From a virus (Duplodnaviria; Caudoviricetes), in IMG/VR virus record IMGVR_UViG_3300030329_003629, positions 1-53,444 of that record: DNA of 53,444 nt; one strand, 5' to 3'. A program made the translations under genes and the position numbers. Below, one piece after another: positions 38,101 through 46,449 of this stretch. The notes under the pieces are model-generated. The model was not told where the DNA came from. It saw only the letters and a program-made list of their open reading frames with translations, and ran no database searches. Every line of letters starts with the position of its first letter. Within the stretch, counting starts at the first letter, position 1.

Positions 38101-39044
38101 CCAGAATCTAAAACTTGTTGTAAATTGGGAGTTACAGCCCCTGGTGCATTTATCCATTGTACTGTACTTGCTCCCGTACTACTTAATACTTGGCCCGCTA
38201 CTCCACAACTACCAAGTGAATCTTCTATACATCCATCTACCGCTATGTTGCCCGTAAAAGTATTGGTGCCGCTAAAAGTATTTGCTCCTGCTGAAACAAT
38301 ACTGGATGAAGCGTCTAAAGTTAAAGGAGAGGTATTAGTTAAATTAATACCTATTAAGGTAGCGGTATTACCGGCAGTTAAAACTTCTTGTAAAGTTGGC
38401 ATGGACTGGGTAGGAATTCCGGTAGACCACTCAATTCCTGTTCCCGCCCCATTCATTGTTAATATCTGTCCTGCAGATCCTGTGCCTCCGGCAGCATCAT
38501 TAATCACTGTACCACTGGTTAAATTTAAAACTGATGTGCCTGATAAAACTACATTAGACCCCGCATTTACATTAATATCTGAACCAGCTCCTGCTATATT
38601 AAAAGACGTTCCTCCTGATAGACTTAATTGTTGAGCCGCCCCATTCATTATCATCGATAAGTTTGTGGTATCTCCTATAGCTAAAGTAGCCTGGATATCT
38701 TCCCCTCCACCTGGAGCTGGTAAAGTAGTCCAAGTACTCACTACTCCCGGACCGCCTGACGTAAGAACTTGCCCTGCTGCACCCGAAGCTCCGCTTAAAA
38801 GGATTTGATTAGCATCAAGATATCCATTAGGACCTGGGCCTCCTGTTAATATAATACTTTGGTTGGCAAAATTATTTGTATCTAATACAGATTGTAACCC
38901 TTGAGGAACGCCGGCGCCACCTCCAATCGATCCGACTGTAAAGGTGACGGTTTTATTCTCATCACTAACATCTGTTGCAATTAGTAAATCATCATCCGCT
39001 GGTAAGACCGTTGGGTATACTGTAATGTTTTCAATTTTTGCCAT
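35178..39044 (-). CDS. long tail fibre
   Basis: 1288 aa, Gly/Thr-rich; repeats LQxVLxxGN, GQVLTS, GSYTNxxITVDAxGRxTAA and VGHVP. Confidence 0.8.
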   Translation of the reverse strand: MAKIENITVYPTVLPADDDLLIATDVSDENKTVTFTVGSIGGGAGVPQGLQSVLDTNNFANQSIILTGGPGPNGYLDANQILLSGASGAAGQVLTSGGPGVVSTWTTLPAPGGGEDIQATLAIGDTTNLSMIMNGAAQQLSLSGGTSFNIAGAGSDINVNAGSNVVLSGTSVLNLTSGTVINDAAGGTGSAGQILTMNGAGTGIEWSTGIPTQSMPTLQEVLTAGNTATLIGINLTNTSPLTLDASSSIVSAGANTFSGTNTFTGNIAVDGCIEDSLGSCGVAGQVLSSTGASTVQWINAPGAVTPNLQQVLDSGNTAIQNIDLTGNITLGGSLVLGSTTTISANGTVGLAGQVLTVNAGATGVEWTSVTSTIPNLDQVLTAGNTSTQSIVLSGGAAITVPTIIPTNISVTNGVGGPNQILQSNSGVLSWVNNTTTGMTNWVIVGDAGPNQTITDADTVTFSGGTGLSSVAINTDTIQFNLDNTTVTAGTYTYATFDVNAQGQITSATSNTVPTDTTYDLNSIQNGSDSDIQLIPSAGLTDIVKLVAGTNITITDTGSNITIDAASAAGMTSFDVAGDAGSETITNGNTLTIAGGTALSTAASVPDTLTINLNNTAVTAGSYTNANITVDAQGRLTAASSGGGGGAVTSVDAGTPTVSSGDPLTVTPTTGAVEIFSHAYAGGSNVGHVPASGNQGEFLGGNGAWIEFVAATSAVGSTGDAIEVSDSATQLTYTSLPYAGSSNVGHVPDSSAVVQTTHFLRADGSWQVPAGTGTVTSVAVSGTGITVGGSPITSSGTITLSLDGVLDLSIAAAAVSTGDALSVANVSGGTSSITPHYFAGGTNAGHVPPHTGGAGEYLDGATGLWTAVPATGVTSITIQPAAISTGSAITQNATTGAILWTPHYYAGGTDVGFVPTGSANNNKLFLDGTGNWTIPEGTYGDWTLTGDTGTDTIEGGDIVEIKGFAGDMTVDVTTVGVTSTATIELDNTGVVAGSYTNTDITVDAKGRITAAANGTGGVTAVTVGAPGVSSGAADPIAIAPTTGTVVVYSNAFDGALNVGHVPAAAGYSDPELQQLYLAANGTWQVPANLDTQTYRFYVGAMEYANAGNYILSLPYDVKIGVPPVSYWISHLAPNSPDLALGVWTDEEYGSSVIVTNTSVQEGPPLQETAFLTAADMRITVTNSGFSGVGTCTHRFQLWRWSGDGVCDTSGMSGGADLIGNFDFVINNTGTISGGKIYCEPLAWQMAAPQKYTSGESYAITYKPQFGVATADPVMWVDLDLKWTNGKWTF

Positions 39045-39055
39045 ATCTTATATTC

Positions 39056-39610
39056 TTATATTATAACTTGAGTATATTGAACAGTAACAGTTAAAATACC
39101 ATCTCCGGTAGTCGCGGCCGTATTACCTGTTCCATAAAGAATTAAAGGCTGATTAGGACTTGCAATTCCTGTAGCTATTAATGTAGCACTACCTAAAGGA
39201 CCTCCTGTTACAGCCGTACTGGTAGAATTCACAAAAGCACAAGGAATCTCTCCATAAAAATTAGGAGCAAAAGAAGCTGTAGTAATTTTAAAACTTTCAG
39301 CTATATTAAAATCATAAGTAGTAGTACCATACTCTAATTTAGCCGCAGCCGCTATAGGAAAAATATAACTATCATTCCCTTGAGCCGGCACTAATGTTAC
39401 CGGAGCGCTTACTAATGCTGCTACTTCACCGGCACTTAAAGTTACAGTAGCTTCGCTAAATGTTACTATGCCAGTTTGGACTGCTAATATATCTTCTACA
39501 TACGCATTCTTAGTTTCCATCCCATCTTCCCCGTCGGTAATTATTACCATGTCTCGTCCGTTAGGAATAGGTTTAAGAGGGTACGCTGTAGTATTAGATA
39601 TTTTAGCCAT
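39056..39610 (-). CDS. short fibre/virion appendage protein
   Basis: N-terminus MAKISNTTAYP matches the tail fibre N-terminus MAKIENITVYP. Confidence 0.65.
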   Translation of the reverse strand: MAKISNTTAYPLKPIPNGRDMVIITDGEDGMETKNAYVEDILAVQTGIVTFSEATVTLSAGEVAALVSAPVTLVPAQGNDSYIFPIAAAAKLEYGTTTYDFNIAESFKITTASFAPNFYGEIPCAFVNSTSTAVTGGPLGSATLIATGIASPNQPLILYGTGNTAATTGDGILTVTVQYTQVII

Positions 39611-39866
39611 TATTTTTTTGTGGTTCTTCTTTAGTTTCTTCTTTTTTGGAAACCTCTCCTGTCTCTAAATTTACAACAGCATCGGTTCCATATTTTTCTG
39701 CTAAGCTTTTTTCTAAAACATTAAACTCTTCTCTCAACGTGTCTACTCTTTTTAATAAAGAATGTTTTTGTAATTCTACGTCGCCTATTTGAGTTTTGAT
39801 TTTGTTAAACTCTGCATTTAAATCTTGTAAACTTTTTAATTCGTTTTCTTCAATCTTTGTTTTCAT
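39603..39866 (-). CDS. coiled-coil protein (fibre chaperone-like)
   Basis: Coiled coil ending EKYG...VNLETGE. Confidence 0.6.
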   Translation of the reverse strand: MKTKIEENELKSLQDLNAEFNKIKTQIGDVELQKHSLLKRVDTLREEFNVLEKSLAEKYGTDAVVNLETGEVSKKEETKEEPQKNNG

Positions 39867-39898
39867 AATTATAGTATTTTTTAAGTTAATTAATACTG

Positions 39899-39906
39899 CA
39901 AAGATA
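39899..39906 (-). promoter_or_regulatory. -7 promoter box TATCTTTG
   Basis: Intergenic TAnnTTTG match. Confidence 0.75.
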
Positions 39907-39931
39907 ATAAAAGTTAATAAATGTATTTTAC

Positions 39932-40480
39932 TTATATATATGCTAATTTTTTTAATACCCTCTTATTAAGATGATAACTAAAAGAAAGTAAAATATAAGG
40001 AGATTCACCCCCAATTTTTACTGTAGAATATGAATCTTTTTCCCCAATACACAACCATGGTTCATACCTGCTAACAGGAGTAATAACCTCTTCATCATTT
40101 GTTCTACGTATAGGGTCTCCTCCTTTAACAGGTTTATTTATTAATACTTTTAAATGAGTAGTATACTCATCTTCTTTTTCACTAATATCTTGTGTCCAAT
40201 GAGGTTCATATCCTTTAGCGGCGTAAGTAATGCTAACACCTGTAGCCGAATAATTAGCTCGAGGAATTTTATATAAATGAAGAAGTTCTTCTTCAATGTA
40301 TTTTAATTCTACAGAAGGAAAGTTATGAAAGTGTTCTTTAGCATTTGAGGTTTGTAAATTACAAAGTGTAAAGGAAAAACCTTTTTTACCTTTTTTTTTA
40401 CTGTCAGGATGTTTTTTAATGAGAGCTATATTGTTAAAAACCCAATTGGCAATTTTGATACCAGCTGATGAGTTAATCAT
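39932..40480 (-). CDS. degenerate 2OG-Fe(II) oxygenase-fold protein
   Basis: YEPHWTQD...VLINKPVKGG...LLSFSY: double-stranded beta-helix pattern, but metal ligands are not canonical. Confidence 0.4.
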   Translation of the reverse strand: MINSSAGIKIANWVFNNIALIKKHPDSKKKGKKGFSFTLCNLQTSNAKEHFHNFPSVELKYIEEELLHLYKIPRANYSATGVSITYAAKGYEPHWTQDISEKEDEYTTHLKVLINKPVKGGDPIRRTNDEEVITPVSRYEPWLCIGEKDSYSTVKIGGESPYILLSFSYHLNKRVLKKLAYI

Positions 40481-41448
40481 TAGGCAATTTTAAGGGTACC
40501 AGAATCATTCCATAATTGCCCTGCAACTCCTGGATCAACAGTAGGAAGGTTAGGCATCATTACTTTTATAGTTGCTAAGATAACAGATACATCTCCACCG
40601 TCTAACTGTATATAAGTAGAGGTTCCACCCGTCCCATCATCAGATTGAAATTTTATATCACCAGCATTTTGATTATTTCTCAACACCAAATCCCCTGTAT
40701 TATTATAAATTCTACTATCTACGGCATCATGATATAACTCTAAATCTTGACCTGCTCCTAACTTAATTGTTCCGCCAGCACCATCATTTGCCATTAATAA
40801 ATCTTTATAGGCGATTAAGGATGTTACTCCACCGTCTAATGATAAATAAGTTGTAATTCCACCTGCACCATCATCACATTTAAAATACATATCGGTACCA
40901 TCGGCGTGATTTATAATTTCGAAATTACCAGTATAGTTATATATATAAGAATTAATACCATTGTGATATAAACTCAGATCATTACTATTCCCTGCTGTTA
41001 TTTCTACATCATCACTTGCTTCTATATCTTTAGTAAAGATGACTTTTTGTTGGCCTCCATCTAATTGAAAATAAGTAGCTAATCCACCCGCACCATCATC
41101 ACATTTAAAAAATATATCTTTACCGTCAGCCGCATTTTGTATATATAAGTCTCCCGTTGTATTATCTATTCTACCATTAGTTCCATTATAAAAAATTTGT
41201 AAATCATTAGAATCACCCATATATAAACGTCCTGCATCTGAAAATTTAATTTGGTTACCCCCCATTACTATATTTCCAGCCATCGACCCACCAGCAAGTG
41301 GTAAGTACGCGCCTAACGTAATAGTGTCAGCAAGATCTTGTATAGAATAACTTGCTCTATCTGAATTAGCCAAAGCAGAACCTAAATTATTAGTAGGAAC
41401 ATGTTGCGTTGTAGTATGTATTCTGTTAGTTAACGGTATAGTTGCCAT
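40480..41448 (-). CDS. fibre/spike protein with three internal repeats
   Basis: YLPLAGGSMAG plus 3x (DLxxYH/N...I.NxTG...FKCDDGAGG..TY..LDGG). Confidence 0.7.
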   Translation of the reverse strand: MATIPLTNRIHTTTQHVPTNNLGSALANSDRASYSIQDLADTITLGAYLPLAGGSMAGNIVMGGNQIKFSDAGRLYMGDSNDLQIFYNGTNGRIDNTTGDLYIQNAADGKDIFFKCDDGAGGLATYFQLDGGQQKVIFTKDIEASDDVEITAGNSNDLSLYHNGINSYIYNYTGNFEIINHADGTDMYFKCDDGAGGITTYLSLDGGVTSLIAYKDLLMANDGAGGTIKLGAGQDLELYHDAVDSRIYNNTGDLVLRNNQNAGDIKFQSDDGTGGTSTYIQLDGGDVSVILATIKVMMPNLPTVDPGVAGQLWNDSGTLKIA

Positions 41449-41452
41449 GATG

Positions 41453-41460
41453 CAAAGATA
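41453..41460 (-). promoter_or_regulatory. -7 promoter box TATCTTTG
   Basis: 4 nt before the ATG at 41448. Confidence 0.7.
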
Positions 41461-41465
41461 TTAAT

Positions 41466-41858
41466 TTATTTTTTTATTTTTTCAAAAGACCTTCCTCCAA
41501 AATAAGCTCCAATTACAGTTATTAAAACCAATTGTAAAAGGTCCGTCCATTTTTCTTCTACTTCAAATTGAATAGAGCCAGCATCTATAAATATCATTAA
41601 AACTGTGCATACTACTAAAAATATTAACACCATAGGTCTAACATTTTTACTAAGCCAGGAATCACTGGTCATATCACTCCTCCATCGTTCGGTTACATTC
41701 TTTTGTATTTCTGCTTCTGCTGCAATAAATAGTTTTTCCATTTCCATTTCAAAAGCAGCCTTCTCTTCTTTGGTCTGAATAAACTTATCAGCAATTCCTG
41801 CTACTTTACCAGCTACATCTAATGCTCCTTTTCCAAATATTTTACTTAATATACTCAT
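41466..41858 (-). CDS. holin (3TM GTA-type family)
   Basis: RWRSDMTSDSWLSKNVRP...AYFGGRSFEK. Confidence 0.75.
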   Translation of the reverse strand: MSILSKIFGKGALDVAGKVAGIADKFIQTKEEKAAFEMEMEKLFIAAEAEIQKNVTERWRSDMTSDSWLSKNVRPMVLIFLVVCTVLMIFIDAGSIQFEVEEKWTDLLQLVLITVIGAYFGGRSFEKIKK

Positions 41859-42064
41859 GATTTTTTTCTAATGTATTCTAATATAATATCTATTTTCTTT
41901 TTTATTTCCTCCATATTAGAAGCATTTTTTTCATGATGTTTCGAGAATGTATTCTTTACCTCATGGATACTGAAAAAGAAAAATCGATACAAAGCATATA
42001 ATGCTCCAAGTAATAAAACTAAAGGTAATCCGTATCCTTCTATTAATTCTAAAATTTCTTTCAT
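41855..42064 (-). CDS. small membrane protein (lysis-associated)
   Basis: N-terminal TM helix followed by a coiled coil. Confidence 0.55.
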   Translation of the reverse strand: MKEILELIEGYGLPLVLLLGALYALYRFFFFSIHEVKNTFSKHHEKNASNMEEIKKKIDIILEYIRKKS

Positions 42065-42066
42065 TT

Positions 42067-42279
42067 CTAATCAGCCGGAACTATACTTTTTTCTAATCTT
42101 AGTGAATATTTAGATAGTCCCTTTTTTGCTCTATTTAATAACTTACTTCCTCCTTTTCGTCCGCAAAATAATCTACCGCCTTTACAAAGCTCTCCTCCTC
42201 CATCTGGCAATCCTTGTTGTTCTCTTTCTTCGGAGTTAGTTACAGCGGTCTCGCTCGTTATGTTTACTGGTGGTGCCAT
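42067..42279 (-). CDS. hypothetical protein
   Basis: 70 aa with an A-rich leader. Confidence 0.45.
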   Translation of the reverse strand: MAPPVNITSETAVTNSEEREQQGLPDGGGELCKGGRLFCGRKGGSKLLNRAKKGLSKYSLRLEKSIVPAD

Positions 42280-42303
42280 GGTGTTTTTTTTATTAATTAA
42301 TAA

Positions 42304-42657
42304 TTAAGCATAAAGCCAGATTGCATCCGGTTTATCCGGATCATTATCTACATGTATAAACGAACTCGCAATTCCTAAACGTGTAAACCCTACGTTTACT
42401 AAAGCTCTCACCATAGTGGATCGCGCAATAGAATTATTACAGGAAATATCCGCCGCACACCCCTTTGTATGTGAAGAATTTTCAACTCCCCCTACCTTCC
42501 TATTATGAGTAGTAGTACGAAATCCAGAAGTAATTTTAAAAGGAATTTGGGCTTCTTCGCGAGCAAAGTCTAACATCTCTAAAAAATCATGTCGCATGTT
42601 TTTACCTGAGTCTTTCTCATCTGGAGAATCGAATTCTGCAAAGGTAAAATATTTCAT
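42304..42657 (-). CDS. endolysin, peptidase M15 family
   Basis: ITSGFR...HN..VGG..NSSH..G.AADI...FIHVD. Confidence 0.9.
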   Translation of the reverse strand: MKYFTFAEFDSPDEKDSGKNMRHDFLEMLDFAREEAQIPFKITSGFRTTTHNRKVGGVENSSHTKGCAADISCNNSIARSTMVRALVNVGFTRLGIASSFIHVDNDPDKPDAIWLYA

Positions 42658-42667
42658 GACGGTATGT

Positions 42668-42814
42668 TTATGAGTTTTTCTTTTTAAAAAACTTATAAAT
42701 GGTAAAAACTATAGCAAGTGATAAGGAAATAAACTGAAGTAGTTCGTTACACTCGGTTAGTGTTAAAGTTAAAGCACCACCATTAGCGGCTATTACTTGG
42801 ATAGTATCTCTCAT
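42668..42814 (-). CDS. 48-aa membrane protein, holin-like (not in ORF track)
   Basis: Hand translation MRDTIQVIAANGGALTLTLTECNELLQFISLSLAIVFTIYKFFKKKNS; directly upstream of the endolysin. Confidence 0.65.
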   Translation of the reverse strand: MRDTIQVIAANGGALTLTLTECNELLQFISLSLAIVFTIYKFFKKKNS

Positions 42815-42905
42815 TTTTTTTTTGGTTTTTTTATATTATAAGTAGAGGTCTGTACATATTTAAACTTTCCTATACTTGTATGTGTTTGTACCCATTTCAT
42901 AAATG

Positions 42906-42913
42906 CAAATATA
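42906..42913 (-). promoter_or_regulatory. -7 promoter box TATATTTG (lysis genes)
   Basis: 5 nt before an ATG at 42900. Confidence 0.65.
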
Positions 42914-42918
42914 ATAAA

Positions 42919-43137
42919 TTATTTCATTGATCCCATAGCCCAAGGTTTAGTAGCCATGGTTGCGTCCCTAACCCCTTTACTTTTCTTATGTAATGCGGTG
43001 TTCACCTTAAGCATCTTTTTAGCTACGTTAGCAGCGGTCTTAATAGGATTAGGCGCGCTTCCATATATAAGTCGTTTTTCGTCTTTAAGAAGTCGTCGCG
43101 TCTCGGTGTTTTTTTTAGTTTTAGATTTTACTGTCAT
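42919..43137 (-). CDS. small basic protein
   Basis: K/R-rich; probable start MTVKSK. Confidence 0.5.
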   Translation of the reverse strand: MTVKSKTKKNTETRRLLKDEKRLIYGSAPNPIKTAANVAKKMLKVNTALHKKSKGVRDATMATKPWAMGSMK

Positions 43138-43142
43138 AAGAA

Positions 43143-43388
43143 TTATTCTTCTACCCACCCATTAGAAGGATCGTCTATAATCGCTTCTAATTCCGTAGTA
43201 GTATATATTGTTTTTCCTTCTACTATTCCCGGAGGATTATCATCTAAAAAAGTTATAGTAAACTCACTTTCATCTAAATTTTTTTGTACTGTATTAGCAG
43301 TATCTTGAAATACCTGCATTCCCTCTACGATGTAATTCTTATAAGGTACATTATTTAAATCTTTGATATTTAAAATACAACAGAGCAT
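43143..43388 (-). CDS. hypothetical protein (possible partner of the LamG protein)
   Basis: Coupled to the LamG gene; ends in GW. Confidence 0.55.
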   Translation of the reverse strand: MLCCILNIKDLNNVPYKNYIVEGMQVFQDTANTVQKNLDESEFTITFLDDNPPGIVEGKTIYTTTELEAIIDDPSNGWVEE

Positions 43389-44167
43389 TATGGTACAATT
43401 GTGGTTTGTATATTCGCTGCTACCATGTTTTGCATAGTCATATTAATAGATCCTTGAGCATCGGGAATGGTAGGATAGTAAGAAGTTCCATTTGGATCTC
43501 CCATTCTCCACCAGTGTTGTAGGTTGGCAGAAAAAGAAGCAGATGATAAATCTGTAGGAGTGCCTCCATTATAAAGCTCTACACACTCAGCGTCAGAGAG
43601 ATATTTGTTATATATAGATACTTCATCTATATATCCATCCCAAAAACCTCCGGTTCCACTATTATTAGCTCCTATAGTGGTAGTTCCTGCTACATCCGTT
43701 TGATTCCATACTGCGTTACTTTTAGCATTATAATTTGTGCCATTTACAGCAAATCGAGCATTATTTGAAGTTGAAGGGACACCATCATACATATATATAA
43801 TATTATACCATGTGGTGGCTAAGAAAGTGGTTGGGTCATTATCCGTCCATGCTCCTGAAACATTAATGGCATTCGTAGAAGATTTATAAAACAACTGAAA
43901 TCTTTCCGACCCTCCATAATTAATATCTAATATTCTTCGGTTTATACCAGGAATGCTATTCATATATATCCATACCGATACACTCCAAGCTCCCGTTCCT
44001 CCGGTTCCTAATAAAGGAGTGGCACTTCCGGTCAAAGCTTGACTGGAGGCCGGTATAAAATTCATTGCATATTTATTTGAAAAGGCAGCAGGTGGCCCTC
44101 CGCCTGGAACACCTGGTTTCAAGTCGTATACCTGACCTGCTATTCCGACTCCAATTCCAGTTCCCAT
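43388..44167 (-). CDS. LamG/concanavalin A-like virion protein
   Basis: WSVSVWI...WYNII...DGYIDEVSIYNKYLS...ELYNGG...HWWRMGD. Confidence 0.85.
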   Translation of the reverse strand: MGTGIGVGIAGQVYDLKPGVPGGGPPAAFSNKYAMNFIPASSQALTGSATPLLGTGGTGAWSVSVWIYMNSIPGINRRILDINYGGSERFQLFYKSSTNAINVSGAWTDNDPTTFLATTWYNIIYMYDGVPSTSNNARFAVNGTNYNAKSNAVWNQTDVAGTTTIGANNSGTGGFWDGYIDEVSIYNKYLSDAECVELYNGGTPTDLSSASFSANLQHWWRMGDPNGTSYYPTIPDAQGSINMTMQNMVAANIQTTIVP

Positions 44168-44168
44168 A

Positions 44169-44654
44169 CTACCAGAGTGCTATAATATCTGTAGCCGTTG
44201 TTTTAGTAGCGTCTACTCTTATTGCTTGAGTAGGTAAAAATGCTCCTGCCGCTATTCCTTTAAAAGTAAGTTCTGTAGTATTAGCGTTTCCATTTTGTTG
44301 TGCTAATTGAATTCCCATATCTCCAGCTACTCCCGCAAATAAAACACATCCTGGAGTTGCTTCTCTATAAATTGTATAAACATCCGTTGCCCCGCCAGCT
44401 GAAGAAGGTGTAAGAGTTAATTCAGTATCACTTACCACTACGCTAACATAATAAGCTATAGAAGCTGTTGTATCATAGACAATGTCCCCTACTTTTACGT
44501 CAGTAGTAAAAGATGTTCCTACGTCTGTTAATGTTCCTGCTACAGAAAAATCTGCTGTTCCTGATGCGACTTCAGTATCAGGGTTAGGGATTCTAACCGT
44601 ATCACTTGGGATAACTGCTAATCCGTTACTTACTTGTAGTTTTTGATATGCCAT
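44169..44654 (-). CDS. virion structural protein
   Basis: MAYQKLQ...AVIPSD...FLPTQ..RV...TTATDIIALW with an inserted beta domain. Confidence 0.7.
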   Translation of the reverse strand: MAYQKLQVSNGLAVIPSDTVRIPNPDTEVASGTADFSVAGTLTDVGTSFTTDVKVGDIVYDTTASIAYYVSVVVSDTELTLTPSSAGGATDVYTIYREATPGCVLFAGVAGDMGIQLAQQNGNANTTELTFKGIAAGAFLPTQAIRVDATKTTATDIIALW

Positions 44655-44677
44655 TTTATTTCTTTTTTATTTCTTTA

Positions 44678-45244
44678 TTACCATGTTGTTAATGCTGCTC
44701 GCAACCACGTGTCTGTAGCGGTACATAGATAAACATATCCATCAGTCCATCTTATTTCTCCTACTGTACCTGTAGCTGATGCTGATGCTGGTGCTGTATT
44801 TAAAGCATTTAAATTCATTTGTCCTGCCACTTTAACTCCTGTGGATTGTGTAACCATTTTCTCATTACCCCCCGAATAAAGTCGGGTTGCTGTAGCATTA
44901 CATCTTACTCCTACGCTTCCTGCTGTTGTTAGGGATATTTCATCCGTCCCGCTAAATCCAAAAGAAGTATCTGTATCTCCATCATGAATAAAAGTCTCCG
45001 GAATAACAAAATTATCTCCATCCCCCACCATTTTAGAATCACCCAGTGTATTAGCATCTGACCATATGGGAAGGTAAGTAGCCGTTCCCGATCCATCTAC
45101 ACCTCCTCCTGCTGACACAGTATCTTTAATGTCTTGCATAGTGTAAATTTTTCTATCTGCTGCTGCTTGAGCAGAACCTTTGTCTACCGTATCTACTCCG
45201 TCGGGTACAGTATGAAACTTCTGACTATCTGGTATTGTTGCCAT
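44678..45244 (-). CDS. short fibre protein
   Basis: GSGTATYLPIW; APASASATGTVGEIRW..YVYLCTATDTW; N-terminus shared with 40480-41448. Confidence 0.7.
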   Translation of the reverse strand: MATIPDSQKFHTVPDGVDTVDKGSAQAAADRKIYTMQDIKDTVSAGGGVDGSGTATYLPIWSDANTLGDSKMVGDGDNFVIPETFIHDGDTDTSFGFSGTDEISLTTAGSVGVRCNATATRLYSGGNEKMVTQSTGVKVAGQMNLNALNTAPASASATGTVGEIRWTDGYVYLCTATDTWLRAALTTW

Positions 45245-45250
45245 CTTCTT

Positions 45251-45430
45251 TTATTTATTATAAGGAAACACTCTATTTAAAGTATCTCTTCGTTTATTAC
45301 ATCCACAATCTTTTCCTGTTGCTTTGGATATAGTATCTACGGCTTTTTTAATTCCGGTTGCTTTAGTGAATTTTTCTACAGTATCCCCAAAGCCTCGTGA
45401 TTTGATTTGATTTACCGAAGTTCTTTTCAT
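45251..45430 (-). CDS. conserved 59-aa CGC-motif phage protein (not in ORF track)
   Basis: Hand translation includes SRGFGDTVEKFTKATGIKKAV...GKDCGCNKRRDTLNRVFPY. Confidence 0.75.
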   Translation of the reverse strand: MKRTSVNQIKSRGFGDTVEKFTKATGIKKAVDTISKATGKDCGCNKRRDTLNRVFPYNK

Positions 45431-45571
45431 TTATTTTTTACAAGTACATAATTTATTTGGACAAGATGCTATATTAAATATTAATTTAGACATCATCCAA
45501 TTCCACTTGCATTTAAATTTACAGGTTAGAGAGGCTATTGCCTCTCCTAACCATACTAATAATTTTCCCAT
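45431..45571 (-). CDS. 46-aa Cys-rich protein (not in ORF track)
   Basis: MGKLLVWLGEAIASLTCKFKCKWNWMMSKLIFNIASCPNKLCTCKK exactly fills the gap between neighbours. Confidence 0.6.
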   Translation of the reverse strand: MGKLLVWLGEAIASLTCKFKCKWNWMMSKLIFNIASCPNKLCTCKK

Positions 45572-45574
45572 ATC

Positions 45575-45787
45575 TTAACCTCTTTTAGTGCTACACCCAA
45601 AATTCTTCGCGTAATTTGCCATTTTTACTACCGACTCTGAATACTTTTTTGTACTCTTCATCACCGCATTGGCTGCACTACACGCATCTTTAAATCCATT
45701 ATTCTTAGCCCACTTAGTAAACTTTCCTTCATTAGATTTTTTAATTTCTGGGAATGCGCTTTTTTTAGTTCTTCCTTTAGTAGCCAT
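45575..45787 (-). CDS. small basic protein
   Basis: IKKSNEGKFTKWA...KMANYAKNF. Confidence 0.7.
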   Translation of the reverse strand: MATKGRTKKSAFPEIKKSNEGKFTKWAKNNGFKDACSAANAVMKSTKKYSESVVKMANYAKNFGCSTKRG

Positions 45788-45789
45788 AA

Positions 45790-45999
45790 TTATTTTCTTA
45801 TTGCAGCACCAATGTGTTTCTTCACATTGTTGATTTTTTCATAAGACATATTATGGTCTCCACCATAAGCGTGACCATAATCTTTTTTAGACATAGCTTT
45901 AGATTCATCTCTACGGTCTTTTAAAGACTGCTTGTGATGACCTCTATGCTTATTACCTAAAGACTCATCTAATCTTGCGTTGTAACCTTGCTTTTTCAT
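45790..45999 (-). CDS. small basic protein
   Basis: QGYNARLDESLG...QSLKDRRDESKAM. Confidence 0.7.
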   Translation of the reverse strand: MKKQGYNARLDESLGNKHRGHHKQSLKDRRDESKAMSKKDYGHAYGGDHNMSYEKINNVKKHIGAAIRK

Positions 46000-46003
46000 G
46001 TTT

Positions 46004-46399
46004 TTAAATTTTATATGTTAATCCTATTCTGAAACTTCCCTCTGTATCTGTATCAAGTTCTTTTATATAATATGGCTCCAGATATAATGCTTTCCCTAAT
46101 GGTAAAGAATACCCTACTCCTATACTTAATGAATGAGTAGAATCTGTAGCCATCGTACCTACTAAATAAAGATTGTTTTTAAGTGCATATCTTCCGAATG
46201 CATCATAATCATCTCCGCTTTTTACGATTCCTACTGTTATATCATTATAGATATAACCAATCCCTAATTCCTCTGTAAAATTTTCTGTTCCCCAACTATC
46301 TCCTTCTGCTGGTTGGTTAACTGTTGTTGTTACCATGAATTGTGCTGAAGCAGTAAACGCTAACAGTGCAATTCCAAGTGTAAGTAAATGTTTTTTCAT
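46004..46399 (-). CDS. outer-membrane beta-barrel protein
   Basis: Sec signal ending ASA|Q; alternating amphipathic strands; C-terminal RIGLTYKI resembles a beta-signal. Confidence 0.75.
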   Translation of the reverse strand: MKKHLLTLGIALLAFTASAQFMVTTTVNQPAEGDSWGTENFTEELGIGYIYNDITVGIVKSGDDYDAFGRYALKNNLYLVGTMATDSTHSLSIGVGYSLPLGKALYLEPYYIKELDTDTEGSFRIGLTYKI

Positions 46400-46427
46400 G
46401 TGTTTTGTTTTGTTATTAATTTTTTCA

Positions 46428-46435
46428 CAAAGATA
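46428..46435 (-). promoter_or_regulatory. -7 promoter box TATCTTTG (OMP gene)
   Basis: Intergenic TAnnTTTG match. Confidence 0.75.
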
Positions 46436-46449
46436 ATAATATTTTATTA

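Noticed and set aside
42639-42646. Extra TAnnTTTG match (TACCTTTG)
   Set aside because: Inside the endolysin 5' coding region and far from a downstream start; may be chance in AT-rich DNA
3817-43165. Many + strand ORFs antisense to late genes (e.g. 6601-6987, 38125-38634)
   Set aside because: Shadow ORFs fully inside well-supported minus-strand genes
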